This document shows positions 47,561-54,903 of a DNA stretch of 64,000 bases, in pieces. The number at the start of each line of letters is the position of its first letter. The first letter of the stretch is position 1. The stretch covers positions 2,775-66,774 of the forward strand of contig NZ_CADEGP010000001.1 of NCBI RefSeq assembly GCF_902826915.1. The letters are read 5' to 3'. The translations under genes were made by a program, and so were the position numbers. Source of the stretch: an uncultured Nitrosomonas sp. (GTDB taxonomy: Bacteria; Pseudomonadota; Gammaproteobacteria; Burkholderiales; Nitrosomonadaceae). Under the pieces are notes generated by a model. The model searched no databases, had not been told where the DNA came from, and worked only from the letters and a program-made list of their open reading frames with translations.

Positions 47561-48868
47561 TTAGTGTTTTAACTTATTTTTCTTGAAATCGTTGATGATG
47601 ATATGGCCATCGGAGATGACCAGATCGGGATATTCCAGCAATTTAAACCGTTCAAACGGATTGCCGCGGACGGCGATAATATCTGCCGGAGCATGTTTCA
47701 TCAATGTGCCGAGCAACGGATAATTCAAATGCATTCCCGCTTCGGAAGTTGCTGACCTGAATACCCGCAGCACATCTCCAAAATCAATCCCGTCCGGACT
47801 GGTTAAATTCAACATCAAAACCATTTCTTCTGCGTTGATGCCCCAGGGCACATTGTCATGGCCAATTTCAGATCCATAGATAAATTTTGATTTTGAATCT
47901 GGACTATGAGACATGATGTGCGCAAGCTTATGCGCATTGGCGTGAATGCCAGTGCAACCTGATAGGGTATCCACCGTGGTTACGAAGGTTACGTTTTGTT
48001 CTACCGCACGATGTAATAAGTCCTCCCGAATTTCTGCGCAGGGGATATGTGACCATTCATCCACATCGGCATCTAGAGCCAGCTCAACCCCGGTATTTTC
48101 TCCGACATGGGCGGCTACCTTGCGGTTCAATGCATGCGCCTTGGTCACTATCACCTTGACGATATCCAAAGAAAGTAGTGGCCATGGTGTTTGCGGAGGC
48201 TCTCCGTGACCGTGGCTTGACATCCATGGCGCACCGGCTTCGCCTCCGGGTTCCAAAGCAATTTTGATCATGCTTGAACCACCAGCCACCAAATCGATTA
48301 CGGTTTTCTCAGCTTCTTCAATGGTGGCAACCGCTACACCAATGGTACCGTATTTGTCATGACCACCAGACGTCTCGGTTCCGTGATTGCCGAAAATATT
48401 CAATGGATAACCATCTACTGCCTGAATGATAGGGCCAACGCTCAATATACGTAATGTGCCATTACCTCCCATCGGTTTCAAAAGCGGCCCGCCGGTATCA
48501 CGGACAGTTGTGATGCCATGTTTCAATACTTTATCGCTAGGAATTTTTTGAAAAGTAATGTGTGCATGAGATTCAATAAAGCCTGGCAGAATAGTCGCAT
48601 CACCTAATTTCATTTTCCTGCTGCATAATTCACCCAGTTGGTTTGGGTCACCGACTTGAACAATCTTATTGCCTTTAATCAAAACGGCTGCATTTTCGTG
48701 CAGGTCGAAGCCGTCAAAAACGCGATCGGCACTTAACACATAACATTGATTATTTGCAGCAGATTCTGCTGAGTCATTCTGTGCAAAAACATGCAGGCTG
48801 AGCGAGGCTGTCAAAGCCAAGATAATGAGTTGTATGATGGTTTTTAATTGATCAGTTCTGATTTTCAT
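47561..48868 (-). CDS. Secreted metal-dependent amidohydrolase family protein
   Basis: 435 aa with a signal peptide (SLSLHVFA/QN) and the HxH motif (GFIESHAHI). It lies 9 nt upstream of 46004..47551, so they probably form an operon. Confidence 0.75.
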   Translation of the reverse strand: MKIRTDQLKTIIQLIILALTASLSLHVFAQNDSAESAANNQCYVLSADRVFDGFDLHENAAVLIKGNKIVQVGDPNQLGELCSRKMKLGDATILPGFIESHAHITFQKIPSDKVLKHGITTVRDTGGPLLKPMGGNGTLRILSVGPIIQAVDGYPLNIFGNHGTETSGGHDKYGTIGVAVATIEEAEKTVIDLVAGGSSMIKIALEPGGEAGAPWMSSHGHGEPPQTPWPLLSLDIVKVIVTKAHALNRKVAAHVGENTGVELALDADVDEWSHIPCAEIREDLLHRAVEQNVTFVTTVDTLSGCTGIHANAHKLAHIMSHSPDSKSKFIYGSEIGHDNVPWGINAEEMVLMLNLTSPDGIDFGDVLRVFRSATSEAGMHLNYPLLGTLMKHAPADIIAVRGNPFERFKLLEYPDLVISDGHIIINDFKKNKLKH

Positions 48869-49032
48869 GTTTTTTGTCGGTAATTTTTTTATAAATTCTT
48901 CGATGGGTTTGCTGTGGTTTTACAACGCGCTTGTGAAGAATGATGTTCTAATTATCTTTGCAGTATGTTGATGATTTCTATCCGCATGGATTAATTATTT
49001 GCCATTTTAAGTAAAAAAAACAATATTGGTAA

Positions 49033-49050
49033 TGCGACAAATTGTCGCAG
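49033..49050 (-). repeat. Copy A of the 20-nt motif (minus-strand reading TGCGACAATTTGTCGCATTA)
   Basis: Read directly. It lies 165 nt upstream of the minus-strand amidohydrolase start (48868) in matching orientation. Confidence 0.9.
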
Positions 49051-49159
49051 CCGTGACAAGAAGAACCTGAAATAATGCCGGTTAATATTTTTTTAATATA
49101 TTGTTTAATAATAGTTAATGTTCTTTTGTGAGATGCGCATTCTTGCTGTAATGCTGACC

Positions 49160-49179
49160 TGCGGCAATTTGTCACATTG
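49160..49179 (+). repeat. Copy B of the 20-nt motif (TGCGGCAATTTGTCACATTG)
   Basis: Read directly. No annotated CDS lies downstream. It is followed about 190 nt later by an intrinsic terminator. Confidence 0.9.
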
Positions 49180-49368
49180 TTTTTCTATGGTTTGATCAAT
49201 AGTATCCATTCCTGAAGAAATTGCTGTTTATCTCCTAGCGATTTTTTTAAATGATGTCTCGTTGAATAATCTCTTGTGGTGCGAGCACTTGTATCTCTGG
49301 AAGCCTATCTTCTTACTGTAAGAGGAAAAGAAGTTAAACAACCGGTGGATAATTAAGCGCAATTAATA

Positions 49369-49399
49369 CCCCGCAGCTTGCTGCGGGGTTTTTTCTTTT
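49369..49399 (+). terminator. Rho-independent terminator (CCCCGCAG-CTTG-CTGCGGGG followed by TTTTTTCTTTT) with no CDS upstream
   Basis: Perfect 8-bp GC-rich stem, tetraloop and T-run, read directly on the plus strand. Confidence 0.8.
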
Positions 49400-49417
49400 G
49401 GAGATAGACAGTTGGGG

Positions 49418-49437
49418 TGCGACAATTTGCCACATTG
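49418..49437 (+). repeat. Copy C of the 20-nt motif (TGCGACAATTTGCCACATTG)
   Basis: Read directly. It lies 185 nt upstream of the 49622 CDS in the same orientation. Confidence 0.9.
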
Positions 49438-49621
49438 CTTTTACGTGATAAGCAAAATAACATCGCGTCCTGAAATAAGTTCTTTTCTCTAGGGAGTAAA
49501 GGTATCTGGGTAGGTGGGAAAAGAATGGTTTCAGTTGCCCTTTGAGATCCACCTCAAAAGGCAACTATAGTGAGAAAGTATAAAAAATTCTATTAATAAG
49601 TTAAAAAGAGGTCTTTACAAC

Positions 49622-50377
49622 ATGTTAACAAAACAATTTAAGTCTTTTACCCATACTGCGTTAGCGACTGCTCTGCTGTTGGGTCTCTCACAAAACGTAT
49701 TATCGCATACTCGCCTGGAAATTCCTGCAGGAACCGAAGGGGTGAGAATTACTAATAATGTGGTTATTGGCCATGGTTGCGGAGATAATACTTTTGTAAC
49801 TAAAAGTTCAATAGTTTTTCCAGATGGTGTGGATTCAATTGTCAAAGTCAATGGCGCAGTTTCATCTGACACCATTGATGTACACGTTGCAAATTGGGGT
49901 AATTTATTTCAGAAAGTGTTGGAGCCAGTTGTTTTTAAAGCAGAAGATGAGAAGACTGATGGTAGCGGTAATGTCGTAGGGTTTTATGTGAAAGATGGCA
50001 AAATGCCGAATCATTATGCAAGCTATCTTAAATTTAGAGCCGGTGCGGTTTTGTTTGAACCGACCTCCTGTGCTTCTAGCTTAAAAATTGTTATACCAAT
50101 TGCGGATATTTGCAAGCAAACACCGATATCAGGCTTTGCCGATGGGAAGCTTAATCTCTGGACACCGGCGGTAGGATCTGATTATGACGGTCCTGGATTG
50201 CATGGTTACGATTCTCCAGCAACTTACACGGTAAATCGTGATCTGGTTGTCAATCCACTACCCGGAAGTTGTTCGGCGACAGGAGATGTGGTTGATTTGG
50301 TTCCATCCGCAGCGCAGATCAACCGTGATATGCCAATCAAAAACAAGAAGGGTGTGCAGATTTGGCCAAAACCATAA
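49622..50377 (+). CDS. Secreted YcnI/DUF1775-like protein with a C-terminal extension; predicted mature N-terminus is His
   Basis: 251 aa with the signal peptide ending NVLS/HTRLE. Mature HTRLEIPAGTEGVRITNNVVIGHGCGDN...IVFPDGV resembles the proteobacterial DUF1775 pattern H-V-x-L-E-P...AG....F-R-V-x-HGC-x-G-S...I-P-x-GV as I remember it. Confidence 0.55.
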   Translation: MLTKQFKSFTHTALATALLLGLSQNVLSHTRLEIPAGTEGVRITNNVVIGHGCGDNTFVTKSSIVFPDGVDSIVKVNGAVSSDTIDVHVANWGNLFQKVLEPVVFKAEDEKTDGSGNVVGFYVKDGKMPNHYASYLKFRAGAVLFEPTSCASSLKIVIPIADICKQTPISGFADGKLNLWTPAVGSDYDGPGLHGYDSPATYTVNRDLVVNPLPGSCSATGDVVDLVPSAAQINRDMPIKNKKGVQIWPKP

Positions 50378-50465
50378 AATGATGGTGATGTATTAGCTTT
50401 CTGTTGTAAGGGGAGGTGAGCGGTGTGGGAGCTCTTGTTCATCTCCTAATTTTTGAGGAGCCAAG

Positions 50466-51038
50466 ATGTTGAAATTACCAAATCATAAGAGTGGCATAGC
50501 CATGCCGCTCGTTATTTCTTTTATTGTAATGGCCGGATTTGCGAATCATGTGTTTGCAGACAATGCAAAAGCGAGCTCGCCTTCCAGCTTGGATTCCATC
50601 CAGATTTATTGCATGGCGGAACAGGGCAGTGCAGCGGAGCCTGATGCTAATTTTACCGAGACTATAATCGACCTTGCGGCATCGAATGATCCGGCACAAA
50701 GAGTAAGCGCCTTGTCGCAACTGGCAGAAAAAGGATCGATTGACGCCGGCGTTGTAGAGAAAATTCTGCAAACCGCGATTCAAGATGCCGACCCGAACGT
50801 CAGAGGACAGGCAGTTTATGCCTTTGCACAGCAAGGTTGCGGTGATCTTTTTGTAGTACTTGAACAAGCTTTGCAAGACACCGAGCTTTCAGTACGGCTG
50901 ATGGCGTTGGATAGTTTGGGTGCTGATGAAAGAAGCGTAGCGCTACTTAAAGAAATCGTTGAAGACGAAGACGAAACTGAAGCTATCAAAGATCTGGCTG
51001 CGATGAAATTGGAATCTTTGAGCACAAGTAGTAATTAA
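50466..51038 (+). CDS. Periplasmic HEAT-repeat (PBS-lyase type) protein
   Basis: 190 aa with a signal-like N-terminus (ISFIVMAGFANHVFA/DN). The repeats carry the D(P/A)xxRVxAxxxL pattern (DPAQRVSALSQL, DPNVRGQAVYAF, ELSVRLMALDSL). Confidence 0.65.
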   Translation: MLKLPNHKSGIAMPLVISFIVMAGFANHVFADNAKASSPSSLDSIQIYCMAEQGSAAEPDANFTETIIDLAASNDPAQRVSALSQLAEKGSIDAGVVEKILQTAIQDADPNVRGQAVYAFAQQGCGDLFVVLEQALQDTELSVRLMALDSLGADERSVALLKEIVEDEDETEAIKDLAAMKLESLSTSSN

Positions 51039-51056
51039 GGCTTAAGGCTTAAGGCA
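51036..51056. repeat. 7-bp tandem repeat (TAAGGCT x3) starting at the HEAT-gene stop codon
   Basis: TAAGGCTTAAGGCTTAAGGCA read directly. Confidence 0.8.
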
Positions 51057-51124
51057 GTGGCATTTAATAAGCTGCTTATGCTATCGATGGAATTGTAAGA
51101 TTATCTTATTTAAGAGGGTTGAAG

Positions 51125-51586
51125 ATGAAATTCTCAAATTTGAAGGGAATATTTGTTTCGGTTTTTGGATTAATGGCGTTATATGCAGGCACTGTTTCGG
51201 CGCATAACCAAGCGGGCAGCTTTACCACCGGCTTAGCGGCTGCGGTTGACTTTTATCAGGCCACTTGTTTTGACGATGGAAGTGGTGCGCCGTCCTATCT
51301 CGAAGCGCAAGTCAAAGATATGACAGCCAGCACCGCCAAAGCCAGCATACTCGTGCATAAAGGAACCAGTTGCACCACCAATAAGTGCGCGCAATTTAGT
51401 GTCGACACTACGGATAGCAACACCACCTACAGTCCTTTAGTGACCGTAAAGCAAGGTGCCGGGGTATATAGCATATTCGTGATGCATACGGCAGCAGGCA
51501 CGGATAGTTATGATGTGGCGCTCCATTGTAAAACCGCAGCCGGTGTACATACGGGTACCAGTGTCGTATCAAGACAGCAGCAATGA
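51125..51586 (+). CDS. Small secreted protein, family member 1 (predicted mature N-terminus His; 4 Cys; C-terminal HC-x6-H)
   Basis: AAGAGGG RBS 7 nt before the ATG. The signal peptide ends TVSA/HNQAGSF. It has a close paralogue at 52048 and a distant one at 25191. Confidence 0.8.
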   Translation: MKFSNLKGIFVSVFGLMALYAGTVSAHNQAGSFTTGLAAAVDFYQATCFDDGSGAPSYLEAQVKDMTASTAKASILVHKGTSCTTNKCAQFSVDTTDSNTTYSPLVTVKQGAGVYSIFVMHTAAGTDSYDVALHCKTAAGVHTGTSVVSRQQQ

Positions 51587-51689
51587 TGCGTATCAGTTTC
51601 AATCGAATGGTTGTGCGTTTTTGAAAATAAGGGCGTTATCGGGTTTGTGCTGCAGATACTCAATCCTAACCACAAACAAAACAGACGGT

Positions 51690-51950
51690 AACGCTTTAAT
51701 TTTGATGTCTTTAAGTGGTACTGGATTTGCATGAATCATTTGTTCACAGAGTATGTGAAAGCAAATTGGGTTTTCAGCCTGAGTCCAGCGTACATTGATT
51801 GTTTAGCCGGGAATGGTCATTTAGCTTTACGGTATCGAACAACCCCACACAAAGGGTAAGCACATTCTCGCGATTGGCCATGAAGGGTCGATTGGTGCTG
51901 GAGCCCTACAAAATTCCGCGTACAGCGATTCAAGATAACGATATCCAATA
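51690..51950 (+). pseudogene. Decayed, internally deleted copy of the HEAT-repeat gene (50466..51038)
   Basis: Nucleotide similarity is visible by eye. GGATTTGCATGAATCAT matches GGATTTGCGAATCAT. GTTCACAGAGTATGTGAAAGCAAATTGGG matches GTTTGCAGACAATGCAAAAGCGAGCTCGCC. The translated relic ..SNNPTQRVSTFSRLAMKGRL..TAIQDNDIQ* matches ASNDPAQRVSALSQLAEKGSI..TAIQDADPNV. It is truncated by a stop and lacks an intact start. Confidence 0.7.
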
Positions 51951-52047
51951 AACTGCTCGCGGTGTCGGCAGGATTGTAAAGTTATATCAGATGATCACTC
52001 GTGTTAAAGAGAGTGACAAAAAGATTGTTGATTTAAGGAGGTGTATG

Positions 52048-52509
52048 ATGAAATTCTCAAATTTGAAGGGAATGCTTGTTTTATTGTTTGTATTGATGGC
52101 ACTGAATGTTGGTACAGCTTCGGCGCATAATCAAGCGGGTAGTTTTACCACTGGTTTGGCGGCTGCGGTTGACTATTATCAGGCTACTTGTTTTGACGAT
52201 GGAAGCGGCGCGCCGTCCTATCTCGAAGCGCAAGTCAAGGATATGACAGCCAGTTCAGCTAAAGTGAGTGTGCTCGTGCATAAAGGAACCAGTTGTGCCA
52301 CCAAAAAGTGCGCGCAATTTAGAGTCGATAGCGGGGATCGCAACACCACTTACAGTCCCTTAGTGAAAGTTCCGCAAGGTTCTGGTGTATATAGTGTATT
52401 CGTGATGCATACGGCAGCAGGCACGGATAGTTATGATGTGGCGCTCCACTGTAAAACCTCAAGCGGTATACATACGGGAACCAGTGTCGTATCGAGACAA
52501 CAACAATAA
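52048..52509 (+). CDS. Small secreted protein, family member 2 (tandem paralogue of 51125..51586)
   Basis: AGGAGG RBS. The signal peptide ends TASA/HNQAGSF. By manual count there are about 25 substitutions over ~153 residues relative to 51125..51586. Confidence 0.8.
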   Translation: MKFSNLKGMLVLLFVLMALNVGTASAHNQAGSFTTGLAAAVDYYQATCFDDGSGAPSYLEAQVKDMTASSAKVSVLVHKGTSCATKKCAQFRVDSGDRNTTYSPLVKVPQGSGVYSVFVMHTAAGTDSYDVALHCKTSSGIHTGTSVVSRQQQ

Positions 52510-52717
52510 TAATGAGCAGCATCTGCTTTAACTAAATTGTTGTAGCTACTTGAAAGTAAGAGTGTTGCCGTGTTCGTTAGTTTCAGTCTGCTGATCACAA
52601 TCAATCAAACGGTAATGCTCGAGCTTTATGGAGATAGCCAAAGTGTGGTTCATGCATTACTTGTATGAGCTATATTTTTATTGAGGGATCTATTTTTTAG
52701 GTGGTTATTGATAGGGG

Positions 52718-53452
52718 TTAAAACTTATATCCACGATGGAGCGCTACAATGCCTGCAGTCAGATTAAAATATTCCACGCGCTCAAAGCCAACTTGTTCCA
52801 TGAGCTCTTTTAATTCATCTTGCGAGGGATGCATGCGAATGGATTCCGCTAGATATTGATAGCTTTCCGCGTCATTAGTTATCGCTTTTCCCATGGCCGG
52901 CAGTAATTTGAATGAATAGGCATCATAGGCTGGTTGCAGCGGTTTCCAAATTTTGGAGAATTCCAGTACAAGAACAGTTCCGCCTGGTTTTATGACACGT
53001 AGCATTTCTTTGAGCGCAATATCCTTATGGGTCATATTTCGCAAACCAAAAGCCACACTGACACAGTTAAAATAATTGTCAGGGAAAGGTAATTTTTCGG
53101 CATCACATTGTGCAACCGGAGTCGGCGTACCTTCATCAATTAGGCGGTCACGCCCGATGGAAAGCATGGAATTGTTAATGTCTGTTAGCCATACTTGCCC
53201 GGACTTTCCTACTTTTTGCAAAAATAATACGCTTAAATCTCCAGTACCTCCTGCGATATCCAATACCTTGTCACCGGGTTTTATTCCGCTGGTTTCAATG
53301 ACAAAGCGTTTCCATAACCGGTGCATTCCAACTGACATGAGATCGTTCATTAAATTGTAGCGTTCTGCGACAGAATGAAAAACCTCAGCGACTTTGCCTG
53401 CCTTTTCATCTTCTGTGACAGTATTAAAACCAAAATGGGTTGTTTTAGTCAT
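52718..53452 (-). CDS. ubiE: Ubiquinone/menaquinone biosynthesis C-methyltransferase UbiE
   Basis: 244 aa with a family-typical N-terminus (THFGF..V...EK...V..VF.SVA..YNLMND) and the SAM motif [10 protein letters not shown]. Confidence 0.9.
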   Translation of the reverse strand: MTKTTHFGFNTVTEDEKAGKVAEVFHSVAERYNLMNDLMSVGMHRLWKRFVIETSGIKPGDKVLDIAGGTGDLSVLFLQKVGKSGQVWLTDINNSMLSIGRDRLIDEGTPTPVAQCDAEKLPFPDNYFNCVSVAFGLRNMTHKDIALKEMLRVIKPGGTVLVLEFSKIWKPLQPAYDAYSFKLLPAMGKAITNDAESYQYLAESIRMHPSQDELKELMEQVGFERVEYFNLTAGIVALHRGYKF

Positions 53453-53514
53453 GACATTAATTTTTGAATTCGATTGGATAAAGCGTATAGGTAATTGTAA
53501 TTGTTGAGATTCAG

Positions 53515-53925
53515 TTATTCGCAGGAATGATTAGATTTTTGAGGTTTAATTTCGTGTTCGCGGCTGGCACCGGCTGCTTCTAAGCGCTGCAAGTAACGTG
53601 GCCACATTGTATCCTGATTAAGGCCAAAGTTATACAACAGATCCCATGAATAAAGTCCGGTATTATGACCATCGGTGAAATTGAGTTGTATGGCATAATT
53701 ACCAACAGGCTCGATTTTGCTGATATTGACCGTCTTCTTGCCGGTTTGTAGTGTCTCTTGCCCCGGGCCATGACCACTCACTTCGGCAGAAGGTGAATGA
53801 ACGCGCAAAAATTCACACGAGAATTGGAAAAATTTGCCATCGGAGAAAGTAACATCCAATATTCTGGATTGCTGATGTAATTTGATTTCAGTCGGATGTG
53901 GTGTGTTTTTGGTTAAACCGGCCAT
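53515..53925 (-). CDS. DUF971 protein (gamma-butyrobetaine hydroxylase-like N-terminal domain)
   Basis: 136 aa with typical DUF971 motifs ([37 protein letters not shown]). Confidence 0.7.
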   Translation of the reverse strand: MAGLTKNTPHPTEIKLHQQSRILDVTFSDGKFFQFSCEFLRVHSPSAEVSGHGPGQETLQTGKKTVNISKIEPVGNYAIQLNFTDGHNTGLYSWDLLYNFGLNQDTMWPRYLQRLEAAGASREHEIKPQKSNHSCE

Positions 53926-54020
53926 GATTATTGTTTAATATGATGAGTTAAAGTTAAGGGTATTCAATGGCTCCATTGTAACAAACTGTGCAAACAATTA
54001 ATCGATGCAGGAATGCAAGC

Positions 54021-54743
54021 ATGAGCGCAAAAATACTGATCGTGGAAGACGAAGCGGCTATCCGTGAGTTAATTGTTTATAATTTGCAGCAAGCCGGGTA
54101 TGAAAGTATTTGTGCTGAGGATGCGGAGAAGGCAATGGCGATCATTCATGATGCATTGCCAGATTTGATTTTGTTGGATTGGTTGCTGCCGAATATGACG
54201 GGCATAGATTTTGCCAGAGTGCTGCGGCGCAATGAACGTACCCGTCTTATCCCGATTATTATGCTGACAGCACGAACCCAGGAAGCGGATAAAGTAGCCG
54301 GTCTGGAAATAGGTGCGGATGACTACGTAACAAAGCCTTTCTCGCCGCGTGAATTGATTGCACGAATTAATGCGGTTTTGCGTCGATTAATCCCGGAAGC
54401 TTCTGCACAAGTGGTTGAAATCCATGGATTGCGTTTAGATCCGGTCAATCATCGTGTTACAGATGGGAATAGAGAAATTGCACTGGGGCCTACTGAGTAT
54501 CGTTTGCTGCATTTTATGATGTCACATACCGAGCGTGTATATTCGCGTAGTCAATTGTTAGATCGAGTATGGGGCGATCACGTATTTGTCGAAGAGCGCA
54601 CTGTCGATGTGCATATCCGCCGGTTGCGGAAAGCCCTGCAATGGACCGGTAAAGACAGCTGGATACAAACTGTCAGAGGAGCAGGGTATCGGTTCTCGGC
54701 TGTTGCCGTGGTTCCCGCTAATGGTTCAAATAAGGAAATCTGA
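54021..54743 (+). CDS. phoB: Phosphate regulon response regulator PhoB (OmpR family)
   Basis: Starts at MSAKILIVEDE. It has a receiver domain plus a winged-helix domain and is followed by phoR. Confidence 0.85.
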   Translation: MSAKILIVEDEAAIRELIVYNLQQAGYESICAEDAEKAMAIIHDALPDLILLDWLLPNMTGIDFARVLRRNERTRLIPIIMLTARTQEADKVAGLEIGADDYVTKPFSPRELIARINAVLRRLIPEASAQVVEIHGLRLDPVNHRVTDGNREIALGPTEYRLLHFMMSHTERVYSRSQLLDRVWGDHVFVEERTVDVHIRRLRKALQWTGKDSWIQTVRGAGYRFSAVAVVPANGSNKEI

Positions 54744-54903
54744 TAATGTTTGCTGTGCATAATGTTACAGTGATGAAACTGATCGGCATAGAATGTTGAT
54801 AAATGTGCATCGGTATCGTTATGATTCTGCAGAGCGAGTCAGCGAATTTTAAAAAAATCACAAAATTTTTCAGATAATTGTTTTATTGTAGGATAGTGCT
54901 TAA

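Noticed and set aside
49160-49437. Reading the 20-nt motif as a sigma-54 (-24/-12) promoter because of GGCA...TTGC-like strings.
   Set aside because: The GG and GC dinucleotides are only about 5 nt apart (GGCAATTTGC), not the required 10 nt. The TTGYCR hexamer also has no consistently spaced -10 box across the six copies, so it is not a simple sigma-70 promoter either.
48978-49564. Minus-strand ORFs 48978..49175 (65 aa) and 49334..49564 (76 aa) in the divergent intergenic region.
   Set aside because: They run through the motif copies and the plus-strand terminator stem. They have no RBS and an odd composition, so they are most likely chance ORFs in AT-rich DNA.
51508-51734. ORFs 51508..51732 (-) and 51510..51734 (+) between the two small-protein genes.
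   Set aside because: They overlap the 3' end of 51125..51586 and the decayed HEAT-gene relic. The similarity to the HEAT gene is in a different, interrupted frame.
51125-52509. Possibility that the two small-protein paralogues are a DGR template/variable repeat pair.
   Set aside because: No reverse transcriptase gene is nearby. The nucleotide differences are spread over all four bases and along the whole gene, including the signal peptide, and are not concentrated at adenines in a C-terminal variable region.
53976-53992. A possible Pho box (TTGTAAC AAA CTGTGCA) upstream of phoB.
   Set aside because: The two TGT-containing half-sites are spaced 10 nt apart, whereas the canonical direct-repeat period is 11 nt, and the match to CTGTCAT is weak. 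I do not consider it supported without a PWM scan.
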